Shown here: positions 8,380 through 17,400 of the stretch, piece by piece
Layout of the letters: each line of letters begins with the position of its first letter
Position numbering within the stretch: position 1 is the stretch's first letter
DNA from: Collinsella aerofaciens
GTDB lineage: Bacteria; Actinomycetota; Coriobacteriia; Coriobacteriales; Coriobacteriaceae
Length of the DNA: 64,000 bases
Assembly (NCBI GenBank): GCA_905213325.1
Contig: CAJMHW010000004.1
Coordinates: forward strand, 2,455 to 66,454
Direction of reading: 5' to 3'
Translations under genes and position numbers: made by a program
Notes under the pieces: generated by a model
What the model was told of the DNA's origin: nothing
Databases searched by the model: none
Seen by the model: the letters and a program-made list of their open reading frames with translations, nothing else

Positions 8380-9135
8380 ATGGCATTCGACGATAAAACC
8401 GAGCGCACTGAGGTATCCGCCGTGCCGCTGTACCAGCAGGTTATGGACGACCTAAAGGGCGAGATTGCGCGCGGCGTGTACGCATCCGGCTCGCGCATTC
8501 CTTCCGAGATGGAGCTCGCGAAGTCCTACGGCGTGGGACGCATCACCGTGCGCCGCGCCATCGAGGAGCTGTCGCGCGCGGGGTATCTCAACCGCCAGCA
8601 GGGGAGGGGCACGTTTGTGTGCGCGCCCAAGCTCAAGCGCAAGATTGTCCAAAAGGGTGACGTTCAGAGCTTTTCCGAGGGTTGCGCTGCCAACGACATG
8701 GTGGCCGGAGCACACCTGGTGTCGCGCACGGTGGTTGCGGCGACGCGCGAGGACGCGGCGTTTTTTGGGGTGGAACCCGGCTGCGAGCTCATCGTTGTCG
8801 AGCGCGTGCGCACGGCAGACGGCGTGCCCGTCATGCTCGAGAACAACGCCTTTGTGCTGGCCGACCATCCCTACCTGCAGACGCTTGCCGACAAGGACCT
8901 CACGGACAATTCCATCTTTGCACTCGTTGCCGAGCATTCGGGCCGCGCGCCGCTCAAGTCCGACCCTTGTACCGTGGAGATTGCGCTTGCCGATGTTCAG
9001 GCGGCCTCACTGCTGGAGGTGCCGGTCGGCGAGCCGCTGTTTTATATGGAGGCGTACTTTACCGATGAGGACGAGCGGCCCTTGCTGCTCGGACGCCAAA
9101 AGATCGTGGGCTCGCGCTACGTGTTCGACATCTAA
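8380..9135 (+). CDS. GntR-family transcriptional regulator (HutC/UTRA subfamily)
   Basis: wHTH (PLYQQVMDDLKGEIARGVY..PSEMELAKSYGVGRITVRRAIEEL). The ATG lies 2 nt after the recQ stop. Confidence 0.85.
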   Translation: MAFDDKTERTEVSAVPLYQQVMDDLKGEIARGVYASGSRIPSEMELAKSYGVGRITVRRAIEELSRAGYLNRQQGRGTFVCAPKLKRKIVQKGDVQSFSEGCAANDMVAGAHLVSRTVVAATREDAAFFGVEPGCELIVVERVRTADGVPVMLENNAFVLADHPYLQTLADKDLTDNSIFALVAEHSGRAPLKSDPCTVEIALADVQAASLLEVPVGEPLFYMEAYFTDEDERPLLLGRQKIVGSRYVFDI

Positions 9136-9144
9136 CGTCCACAG

Positions 9145-9222
9145 ATAGAACAACATGGAACAAATTTGTCGCAATGGCTTCCACCGTGGCTGCTTGCGTG
9201 GTATATATAGAACAACATAGAA
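9145..9222 (+). promoter_or_regulatory. Pair of 16-nt direct repeats ATAGAACAACAT(G/A)GAA, candidate operator upstream of the second SIS gene
   Basis: Copies at 9145-9160 and 9207-9222 are 15/16 identical and 62 nt apart. They lie between the GntR gene and the SIS gene. Confidence 0.3.
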
Positions 9223-9279
9223 TGACAGCAGGTACGAGCTGCCGTCGTTCAAAGCCGCCACACAAGGAGGAGCATCACC

Positions 9280-10248
9280 GTGAACGCACACGATCTGGTT
9301 CAGGAAATTATCGAGCGCAAGGGCAAGATTGAGAACGTCTTTTGGATCGCCTGCGGCGGTTCGATGATCGACCTGATGCCGGCCAACGAGCTGCTCAAGC
9401 GCGAGGCCACCACGTTTGCCTCGACGGTCTACACGGCGCGCGAGTTTTGCCTGATGGCTCCCAAGAGTCTTGGCGAGAAATCACTCGTCATCGCCTGCAG
9501 CCACAGCGGCAATACGCAGGAGGTCGTCGACGGTTGCGAGATGGCGCTGGCAGCCGGCGCCGAGGTCGTGGCCATGACCGACTGCGAGGGCTCCAAGATT
9601 GATAACGGCAAGTGGACCACCTGGGTCTATCCGTGGGGCGAAGGCGTGCCGCAGGCCGAGGTTCCGCAAGGCATCGGCGTCCTGATGGCTGCCGAGCTGC
9701 TCGACCAGCAGGAGGGTTACGAGGCACTCGCCGACATGTACGCCGGCCTTAAGCAGATGGATGCGCTGTTGCCCGCTGCCCGTGAGAAGGTCAACGCCGA
9801 GCTGGGCGATCGCTTTGCCGAGCTCTGCCAGCAGCATAAGTTCTTCTATATCCTGGGTTCCGGCCCCAACTTTAGCCAGACCTACGCCATGGCCATCTGC
9901 TCGCTCATGGAGATGCAGTGGCAGCACTGCTGCTATATCCACTCCGGCGAGTATTTCCACGGCCCGTTTGAGGCCACCGAGCCCGGCGTGTTCTACTTTG
10001 TGCAGCTCGGATCGGGCGAGTGCCGCCCCATGGAGGAGCGCGCGCTCGCGTTCCTCAACACGCACACCGATACAGTCATGGTGCTCGATGCACTCGAGTA
10101 CGGCGTAGGCGAGGTGCCCGCCAGCGTGCGTTCGTTCTTGGAGCCGATCTTCTTCTACAACATGAGCTGCGAGCTGCGCGCCGCCCGCGGCAAGGTGTTT
10201 GACCACAGCCCCGAGGTTCGTCGCTACATGGGCATCGAGCAGTATTAG
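9280..10248 (+). CDS. SIS-domain sugar-phosphate isomerase/deglycase-like protein (second paralog)
   Basis: GTG start after AAGGAGGAG. Motifs ACGGSMIDL and ACSHSGNTQE match SIS domains. Confidence 0.7.
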   Translation: MNAHDLVQEIIERKGKIENVFWIACGGSMIDLMPANELLKREATTFASTVYTAREFCLMAPKSLGEKSLVIACSHSGNTQEVVDGCEMALAAGAEVVAMTDCEGSKIDNGKWTTWVYPWGEGVPQAEVPQGIGVLMAAELLDQQEGYEALADMYAGLKQMDALLPAAREKVNAELGDRFAELCQQHKFFYILGSGPNFSQTYAMAICSLMEMQWQHCCYIHSGEYFHGPFEATEPGVFYFVQLGSGECRPMEERALAFLNTHTDTVMVLDALEYGVGEVPASVRSFLEPIFFYNMSCELRAARGKVFDHSPEVRRYMGIEQY

Positions 10249-10330
10249 GTACCGGGAATTATCTTTTTTGACGGGGTCTGCGCTGCGCGCGGGCCCCGTA
10301 TTGCGTTGTGGCGGCCGGATTCGTGTCTGC

Positions 10331-10525
10331 GCGAAAGCGAAGTTGAATACTTTTCCGCGAAGTGAACGACCTGTTTTGGACCCCCGAAGCATCCACACTT
10401 TTTGGCGGTAAAACTGCAGGAAAAACTCGACGAAACCGCAGGAAACAGCGCCTGAAAAATGTCGATGCTTCGGGGGTCCGATTTTGCTCGTTCACTTCGC
10501 GGAAAAGTATTCACCTTCGATTCGC
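10331..10525. repeat. ~195-bp imperfect palindromic element (two ~70-nt arms, 51-nt spacer)
   Basis: Left arm 10331-10403 and right arm 10455-10525 are reverse complements apart from an 8-nt block and a few mismatches. The core is gaatacttttccgcgaagtgaacga..ggacccccgaagcatc. Confidence 0.8.
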
Positions 10526-10543
10526 AAGGGCACTGCGTGAGTC

Positions 10544-10585
10544 AAAAAAGCGGGCCGCGCCGGTAGTATTCCGGCGCGGCCCGCT
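10544..10585 (-). terminator. Rho-independent terminator of ldh
   Basis: 15-bp GC stem AGCGGGCCGCGCCGG/CCGGCGCGGCCCGCT, followed by TTTTTT on the minus strand. Confidence 0.8.
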
Positions 10586-10627
10586 TGGTATTGCGCTTAG
10601 ATTCGCGAGATTGCGGCGATTGACGGC

Positions 10628-11605
10628 CTACTTTGCGTCGTAGGCCTCGGCGTCCCACCAGTCGAGCTGGGCGATGTTGTCGCGAATGTGCTGGCAGCTC
10701 TTGTGGAAGCCCTCGAGCTCGTGCTCGGACAGGTCCAGTGTGTAAACCTCCTCGACGCCCTCGGCACCGATCACGCACGGCAGGGAGGTAAAGATGCCCT
10801 CTTCGCCATACTGGCCGGTCATAAGCGTAGAGGCCGAAAGCACGGCGTGCTCGTTGTGCAGCACGGCAGCGCAGACGCGCGCGGCGGAGTTGGCGACGGC
10901 GTACTCGGTGCACTGCTTGCCCTGGTAGGTCACATAGCCGCCCTTGCGTGCAAGCTCCTCGACCTCCATGTGGTCGAAGGCGTACTTGTCGGGGTTTTCG
11001 GCCTGAAGCTCGTTGAGGCTCTTGCCGGCGATGGTCGCGGCCTTAAAGGCAGCCAGCTGGCTAAAGCCGTGTTCGCCGATCATGTAGGCGTCGATGGACT
11101 TGGGGCTCACGCCGACCTTCTTGGAGATCTCGGTGCGCAGACGGGCGGAATCCAGGCCGCAGCCCGAGCCGATGATCTTCTTGGGATCGTAGCCGGTCAG
11201 GTGCCACAGCTCGGTGCACACGACGTCGCAGGGGTTGGAGATGCTCACAAAGATGCCGTCGAAGCCGGCGTCGACGATGCGCTTGGCAAAGGTGCGGGCG
11301 GCGTCGGTGGTAAAGAACAGCTCGCCGTCGCGGTTGCCGGCGGCCAGCGCGACCTTGCCGGCGGCGTTGACGATGACGTCGCAGCAGGCAAGCTCCTCGT
11401 AGTGGTCGTAGCAGTTGACGATCTTGGTGTTGTACGGGACAAACGAAAGGGAGTCGCGCAGGTCCTGGACCTCGGACGTCACCTTGGCCTCGTTGATATC
11501 GCACAGGTACAGCTCATCGGCAATGCCCTGCATGAGTAGGCTGTTGGCGACATGTGCTCCTACGTGGCCCTGGCCGACCACACCGATCTTACGCGTCTGG
11601 TACAT
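10628..11605 (-). CDS. ldh: L-lactate dehydrogenase family protein
   Basis: Start at the internal ATG (MYQTRKIGVVGQGHVGAHVA Rossmann motif) preceded by AAAGGA. LDH/MDH-like over its full length. Confidence 0.8.
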   Translation of the reverse strand: MYQTRKIGVVGQGHVGAHVANSLLMQGIADELYLCDINEAKVTSEVQDLRDSLSFVPYNTKIVNCYDHYEELACCDVIVNAAGKVALAAGNRDGELFFTTDAARTFAKRIVDAGFDGIFVSISNPCDVVCTELWHLTGYDPKKIIGSGCGLDSARLRTEISKKVGVSPKSIDAYMIGEHGFSQLAAFKAATIAGKSLNELQAENPDKYAFDHMEVEELARKGGYVTYQGKQCTEYAVANSAARVCAAVLHNEHAVLSASTLMTGQYGEEGIFTSLPCVIGAEGVEEVYTLDLSEHELEGFHKSCQHIRDNIAQLDWWDAEAYDAK

Positions 11606-11815
11606 ATATGTATCCTTTCGGCCGAGTTTTTCGCGTCGAACCATTGTAGCGTCCTGCTGCCACTTTGCTAGGCTAAAGCGCCGTAGATTTTTGGACATGC
11701 CTTAATCTCTACTTTTGGAGTGATCTGGGCCGCTGACGGCATCGCTGGGCGATGTGCTCGCGCGGATGGGGCCGGTCGTTGTACCATAGCTGTAACTGAC
11801 TCGTAAGGAGCATCC

Positions 11816-12742
11816 ATGCCCATTCGCATTCCCGACGCCCTCCCTGCCGCCGCGCAGCTCGAGAGCGAGAACATCTTTGTCATGACCGAGTACCGCGCGC
11901 TGCACCAGGACATCCGTCCGCTGCGCGTGCTCATCCTCAACCTCATGCCCACCAAGATTGCCACCGAGACGCAGATCATGCGCAAGCTCTCCAACACGCC
12001 GCTGCAGGTGGAGGTGGACCTGCTGCGCACCAAGACGCACGAGGCCACGCACGTGAGCGCCGGCCACCTGGAGACGTTCTATCGCACGTTCGACGACATC
12101 CGCGATATCCACTACGACGGCCTGATCATCACGGGCGCGCCGGTGGAGCAGATGCCGTTCGAGGAGGTCGACTACTGGCCCGAGCTCTGCCAGATCATGG
12201 ATTGGTCCACCACGCATGTGCACTCTACGCTGCATATTTGTTGGGGCGCGCAGGCCGGTCTGTACCATCATTACGGCATCCAGAAGCATGACCTGCCGGC
12301 AAAGGCGAGCGGCGTGTTCGAGCATTATCTGGTGAAGCCGCAAAGTCCGCTGGTTCGCGGCTTTGACGACCGTTTCTATGCTGTGCATTCGCGCAACACC
12401 GATGTGCGTCGCGAGGACGTGGAGGCCGAGCCGCAGCTTGAGGTCGTGGCCGTGTCCGACGAGGTGGGCCTGTACATCGTCAAGTCGACCGACAGCCGTC
12501 GCTTCTTTGTCTTTGGCCACCCTGAGTACGATACCGATACGCTGCGCCTGGAGTACGAGCGCGACGTGAAGCGCGGGCTCAACCCTCAGGTGCCGGCGCA
12601 TTACTTCCCGGGCGACAATCCCACCGCCGAGCCGCGCAACGTCTGGCGCAGCCAGGCTCAGCTGTTCTACACCAACTGGCTCAACTACTACGTCTACCAG
12701 ACCACGCCCTACGACCTAGCCCGCGCCGGCGAGGAGCACTAG
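11816..12742 (+). CDS. metA: Homoserine O-acyltransferase (MetA type)
   Basis: [27 protein letters not shown] is the characteristic MetA N-terminus. 308 aa. Confidence 0.9.
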   Translation: MPIRIPDALPAAAQLESENIFVMTEYRALHQDIRPLRVLILNLMPTKIATETQIMRKLSNTPLQVEVDLLRTKTHEATHVSAGHLETFYRTFDDIRDIHYDGLIITGAPVEQMPFEEVDYWPELCQIMDWSTTHVHSTLHICWGAQAGLYHHYGIQKHDLPAKASGVFEHYLVKPQSPLVRGFDDRFYAVHSRNTDVRREDVEAEPQLEVVAVSDEVGLYIVKSTDSRRFFVFGHPEYDTDTLRLEYERDVKRGLNPQVPAHYFPGDNPTAEPRNVWRSQAQLFYTNWLNYYVYQTTPYDLARAGEEH

Positions 12743-13362
12743 GCTGTCGGGAGGTGCGCCAGCCGTTGGGCGCTGATGATGTGGGGTAGCGGCAGGTCGT
12801 GGGCGTCGGTGGGAACGTGGTCGACACGCTGCTCGTCAAAGGCGATGCCGATGATTTGGCATGCGGACGAGAGCGTGGGCAGGTAGCGGTCATAGCAGCC
12901 GCCGCCGTAGCCCAGGCGCGCGCCGGCGCGGTCGAATGCTACGAGCGGCACGACGATCATGTCGAGAGCTTCGGCAGGCACGATAGGGAAGCGGCTGCTG
13001 TCGATGTCCGTGGCCGCGAAGGCCCGCGTGGGGTGGGCGATAAACGGAGCCGCGGACGCATCGTCGGCGGCAACTGCCCGCATGCACATGCACTGGCCAC
13101 AAGCTGCGGCATCAATTGCCGAGAGCATGCACGGATAAGCTACGCGCCAGCCGCGCGCAGCGGCCGCAGCGGCAAACGCGGCAGGGTCGACTTCGGAGCC
13201 CATCGCGGCATAGATGGCAACGGTGTGCGGCGCCGCGGCACCCAGGCAATCCAACAGCTCAACAAGCCGCGCACAGATAGTGGCGGACTTCGCCGCCCGC
13301 ACATCCAAATCAATCGCATCGCGCCGAGCAATCACCGCCCGTCGCAACTCAGCCTTATCCAT
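12739..13362 (-). CDS. 5-formyltetrahydrofolate cyclo-ligase
   Basis: [17 protein letters not shown].. and C-terminal [14 protein letters not shown] 13362 preceded by GGGAGAGGGAG. The stop codon overlaps the metA stop. Confidence 0.8.
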   Translation of the reverse strand: MDKAELRRAVIARRDAIDLDVRAAKSATICARLVELLDCLGAAAPHTVAIYAAMGSEVDPAAFAAAAAARGWRVAYPCMLSAIDAAACGQCMCMRAVAADDASAAPFIAHPTRAFAATDIDSSRFPIVPAEALDMIVVPLVAFDRAGARLGYGGGCYDRYLPTLSSACQIIGIAFDEQRVDHVPTDAHDLPLPHIISAQRLAHLPTA

Positions 13363-13380
13363 CCCAGCTCCCTCTCCCAA

Positions 13381-13425
13381 ACCTACCAAAAAGGGACAGG
13401 TTTATTATGGCAGGTTTTATCTGGG
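13381..13425 (-). repeat. Intergenic ~45-nt element, copy D (reverse on plus strand, so forward relative to the downstream minus-strand gene)
   Basis: acctaccaaaaagggacaggtttattatggcaggttttatctggg. Confidence 0.85.
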
Positions 13426-13430
13426 TAAAC

Positions 13431-13471
13431 GTCGAAGCCGCCGCAAAGGCACCCTTTGTGGCGGCTTCGAC
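13431..13471 (-). terminator. 19-bp hairpin after hicB (poor U-tract)
   Basis: GTCGAAGCCGCCGCAAAGG-cac-CCTTTGTGGCGGCTTCGAC. Confidence 0.45.
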
Positions 13472-13483
13472 TCGACGTTGGCT

Positions 13484-13813
13484 TCACAGCGCCGCAGCGA
13501 TCGCTTCAGTCACAAACTTATTGAGTGACTCACCCTTCTTTGCCGCCGCTAGCGCTGCTTGCTTGTGGAGCTCAGAGCCCGTTCTTACGTTGAACGAGCC
13601 CTTAAAAGCCCGCTCGGGTTCCTTGCCCTTCTCGGCGCAAAACTCAAGGTAATCGTCGACGGCGTCGTGGAAGCATTGCTCCACTTCTTCAGCCGTGGAG
13701 CCTTCAAATACGATTGCGTCCCTAATGCCGGCGACCATACCTGTTAGCACATGCTGTTCGGCATCGAACTCGACCGGGGCGAAATAACCCTTGTATGCCA
13801 AAACGTTACTCAT
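13484..13813 (-). CDS. hicB: HicB-family antitoxin
   Basis: MSNVLAYKGY..VEFDAE..L.G....I.D.I.FEG..AEE.. plus a C-terminal RHH-like tail. The ATG at 13813 has a GGAGG RBS inside the hicA 3' end. Confidence 0.8.
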   Translation of the reverse strand: MSNVLAYKGYFAPVEFDAEQHVLTGMVAGIRDAIVFEGSTAEEVEQCFHDAVDDYLEFCAEKGKEPERAFKGSFNVRTGSELHKQAALAAAKKGESLNKFVTEAIAAAL

Positions 13814-14069
13814 GACTACCTCCGACATCTTGCAGAAAGCGAACGATGTTTCGAATGGTCCCCGCTGTCAATTCGTCAGATGGATGAGGCGCGTGCATTA
13901 CGAACATCCTGCCATCTGATGGCCTGTAGAAGCGAACGCGCGATCCGGATGTCTTGCCTTTGCTGTCCATTTCAAAGCCATATGAAGCCATAACTTTAAG
14001 AAAGTCAGCGAATCTATACGTTGAAGGACAGCTAAGCAGCTGGGCGATGAGTTTGTCGATCCGAGTCAT
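13806..14069 (-). CDS. hicA: HicA-family mRNA interferase toxin
   Basis: 87 aa with ..FLKVMASYGFEMDSKGKTSGSRVRFYRP..MFVMHAPHP, which is HicA/YcfA-like. Overlaps hicB by 8 nt. Confidence 0.8.
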   Translation of the reverse strand: MTRIDKLIAQLLSCPSTYRFADFLKVMASYGFEMDSKGKTSGSRVRFYRPSDGRMFVMHAPHPSDELTAGTIRNIVRFLQDVGGSHE

Positions 14070-14084
14070 CCTGCCTCACATCCC

Positions 14085-14121
14085 GCAACTATATTATAGT
14101 TGCAATTTAAGCCCGAAGCAA
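14085..14121 (-). promoter_or_regulatory. hicAB promoter (-35 TTGCTT, 17 nt, -10 TATAAT) with overlapping 19-bp perfect palindrome GCAACTATATTATAGTTGC
   Basis: On the minus strand, -10 is the complement of 14093-14098 and -35 is the complement of 14116-14121. The palindrome at 14085-14103 covers the -10. Confidence 0.6.
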
Positions 14122-14150
14122 TCACCCATACTATAGAACACATGTACGTA

Positions 14151-14166
14151 TAGAACAAGTGTTCGA
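14151..14166. promoter_or_regulatory. LexA (SOS/Cheo) box-like palindrome tAGAACaagtGTTCGA
   Basis: Matches the Gram-positive/actinobacterial consensus TCGAAC-N4-GTTCGA at 11 of 12 conserved positions. Confidence 0.45.
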
Positions 14167-14228
14167 ACCACAACTGAGGAAGGAGACAGGCACCTTTGTG
14201 GTGGTCTGTGCTGTGGAGTGGGCGTCTG

Positions 14229-14385
14229 CGGCGGTTTGTCTCAATCTGTAACAGTAACTCGGCAAAATTGGACCTAGATGTTACAGATTGAGACAAAGAG
14301 CTGGTGCCGTTTGGGAACGTCTCGACCTGTAACATCTGGAGCCGATATTGCCGTCTAGATGTTACAGATTGAGACAAACCGCCGC
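14229..14385. repeat. Nested palindromic repeat cluster (four ~25-nt copies in alternating orientation)
   Basis: gcggcggtttgtctcaatctgtaaca (14229-14254) is complementary to 14360-14385. Inner copies are ctagatgttacagattgagacaaag (14274-14298) and cgtctcgacctgtaacatctgga (14318-14340). Confidence 0.85.
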
Positions 14386-14416
14386 GGTGGGCTGCGCCGC
14401 CCCGCTCAAACCGCAG

Positions 14417-14457
14417 AAAAAAGGTAGATTTTCGGGCATGTCCCAAAAATCTACCTT
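14417..14457 (-). terminator. Rho-independent terminator of the M16 peptidase gene
   Basis: AGGTAGATTTT.GGG/CCCAAAAATCTACCT stem, followed by TTTTTT on the minus strand. Confidence 0.75.
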
Positions 14458-14466
14458 TGCCGTGCG

Positions 14467-17400
14467 TTAGCCCATCAGGTCGACGACGTTAAAGCCGGCG
14501 TTGCTCTTGGCGATGACTTCGCGGCCGCCAAAGACGCAGGTGGGCGACTCGGCTGCGATGCGCGTCACGTCGGCGCCGAGCGAGCGGAGCTCACCGGGCG
14601 TGGCGGCGAGCATCTGGGCGCGGCGCTCCTCGCGTGCGTGCGGATCGAGCCCGGCCAGGTAGGTCGTGTTGCGGCGCTTGGTGAGCGCGTACGGCTTCAC
14701 CGGCGCGTCCATGCCGCTCACGCAGCTCACGATAAAGCCCTCAAAGGCGGCCTCGTCGGGCTCAAAGCTGCCAAGCCATGCACCCGCGCGCTTCACGCGC
14801 TCAATCGAAGGATCGATCGCCGGGTCGCGGTAGGTGTAGAACGCCGTCTGGCGCTCGCCGGCTGCGCGGAATCCGCAGCCGTACGCACCGCCCTTCACGC
14901 GAATCTCGTTCCACAGGTAGTCGTAGGAGAGCGCGTTGGCAGCCACGGCCCAAGCGCCTGTCACGTCAATGCCCAGGCGACGCGGATCGCACGCACGCGC
15001 GGCAAAGCAGATGTCGCTGGGGATGACGAAAGCCTCGTGGCGGTCGCGCGGCTCCGGCACCACGAGCGTGCCGCTGGCAGCGCCGTCGCCCGCGCCAAGC
15101 CCCAGGTCGCCCGCGGCATCCCAGTACGCGTCAAAGTCCTCGTCGCTGCCGGTAAAGCTCGCCATGCAGCCATCGGCCACAAAGATGCGCTCCGCCAGCT
15201 CGGCAAGCTTGGTACGCAGCCCGTCCACGCGCTCGTCAAAGTGGTCGAGCAGATCGCGCAGGAACAGGTAGAAGTCTACGCCCGAGAGCTGCTCACGCAC
15301 TACGGCCGAAGGCGAGCTGTAGCTCATCGCGCGACCGAGCGCCGTCGAGTGGCCGTTGTTGATAAAGCCCTGTTCAAGCCCAATGCGAATCTGCGTGAGC
15401 ACGTCGCGCACGCGGTCGGCGTCGGCATCTGCCAAAAGCGTGCTCGACCATACCTCGCGCGGCAGACTCGCCAGCGCATCGATTTTCTCGGACAGGGCGC
15501 CGGCGCTCACCAGCAGATAGGGGCGCACGCCGTCCACGTCGGGCTGGGTCATGACTTCGGTCGTAAAGCTCAAAAAGCCGAGCTTGCCGGCGAGCAAGTT
15601 GTCGAGTTCCTCGGCCGAGTGCTCGCGCGTGGGCAGCTGCTTGAGCAGGCGGCAGAGCAGTGTCACATAGGGCAGGTCCTCAAACGCGACGCAGCTCAGG
15701 TCGAAATACTGCATGGCGTAGGCCAGACGGTTGGTGGGGATGCCGTGGCGCAGGCAGGGGATGGGTGCGGTCGTGTCCACGATCAGCGGCTGCTCGGGGT
15801 GCGCCTCGCCAATGTCGGACACGCGCAGGCGCGGCAGCGTGGCCTTGGCCTCGGGCGTGTCTTCGGCCTCCTGCGCGGCACGCAGCGCGGCCGTGCGCTC
15901 GACCACGTCGGCCAGCTCGGCATCGGTCATGGCATCGCGCTTGGCTGCTAGCTCGGCGGCCTCGGCACCCTCCGAACCCTCGGCGGCGTCCACCGGCACC
16001 AGCTCGACCAGTGCCATGTGATCGTTCTGCAGCACCAGCTCGCGCAGCAGGTCCTCAAAATAGCTGCCGTCCAGCTCGCTACGCAGCTCCTCGTACACCG
16101 GGCCGTACTTGAGCGCCAACGTCGCGGCGTCGTCATCGTAGAGCCAGGTGCTCAGCGCGTCGCACGCAATGGCCACGCCATCGGCGATACCGTAGTCGCG
16201 CTGGCGCAGATCGTATTCGTTGCTGCTGATGATGGCTTCCAGGCGCTCGCGCGGAACGCCGTGCTCGCACAGGTCGCGGCAGGCGTCCTGGAACACGCGA
16301 CGCAGCTCGCGCGCCACGCCGGGCTGAGCGTTTTGCAGCATGATGAGCTCGTAGGGCTGCAGGCTCTCGGCCGCGGTGTAGCTCACCACGTTGCCGCCCA
16401 GGCCGGCGGCCAGAATGGCCTTCTTAACCGGCGCTTCGTTGGAGCCTAGTAGCGCCTCGAACAGGATATCCGCCGCGATCGTGCGCTTGCGGTCGAGCGC
16501 GCTGCCCAGCACAAGGCCCAGGCCCACCAGGGCGTTCTCGGGCGTGGTGGCCATCTCGACGCGCTTATACTCGCAGGTCACGGGCGCCTGCACGCCCAGC
16601 GGATTGGGTGCCAGCGTGGACGGGTCCTCGCCGGCGGCGACGGCAGCGTCCATGCGGCGGCTCGCGGCGCTCGGCTGCGACAGATAGCGCTCGTCCAAAA
16701 AGGCCAGCGCGCGGTCCACGTCCAGGTCGCCGTAGAGCGTGATGTAGGAGTTGGAAGGATTGTAGTGGCGCGCGTGCGTGTCCAGGAACTGCTCGTAGGT
16801 GAGCGCGGGAATCGCGCGCGGGTCGCCGCCGCTCTCGTGCGCATAGGCGGTGTCGGGATAGAGCGCGGCGTTGACGGCGTCGTCCAGCACGCTCATGGGG
16901 TCGGACAGCGCGCCCTTCATTTCGTTGAACACCACGCCGTTATAGCGCAGCGTACCCTCGCGCAGGCTCGCGGAGCTGCCGTCGCCCTCGCCCTCGGCGC
17001 TCTCCGGCAGGTCCAGCTCGTAGTGCCAGCCCTCCTGCTGAAAAATGGTGGGTTTGGTATAGATGGCCGGGTTGAACACCGCGTCCAGATACACGTCCAT
17101 CAGGTTGTACAGATCCTGCTCGTTGGTGGTGGCAACGGGGTAGATGGTCTTGTCGGGGTAGGTCATGGCGTTGAGGAACGTCTGCATGGAGCTCTTGATC
17201 AGGTCGACAAATGGCTCCTTGACGGGAAACTTGGCCGATCCGCACAGCACCGAGTGCTCAAGAATATGGAACACGCCGGTGGAATCGGCCGGCGGCGTCT
17301 TAAAGCCAATGGCGAAGGCCTTGTTTTCGTCGTCGCACGCCAGGTACAGCAGGCGAGCGCCCGAGGCGGTGTGGCGCAGCACGTAAGCGTCCGAGTCGAG

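Noticed and set aside
9145-14160. The shared TATAGAACA motif near 9206, 14132 and 14149 as a single regulon signal.
   Set aside because: The motif is only 9 nt, and the contexts differ (a GntR/SIS intergenic region versus the hicAB upstream region). The 14.15 kb copy is better explained as half of a LexA-like palindrome. A chance match cannot be excluded.
14229-14385. Possible mini-CRISPR array, suggested by the ~25-nt repeats with similar spacing.
   Set aside because: The repeats alternate in orientation (palindromic pairs) rather than being direct. There are only four copies, no cas genes and no leader.
14066-14446. 126-aa minus-strand ORF spanning the hicA promoter and the palindrome cluster.
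   Set aside because: It runs through the promoter/operator and the inverted repeats. Its internal peptide repeats (LSQSVTSR twice) simply mirror the DNA repeats.
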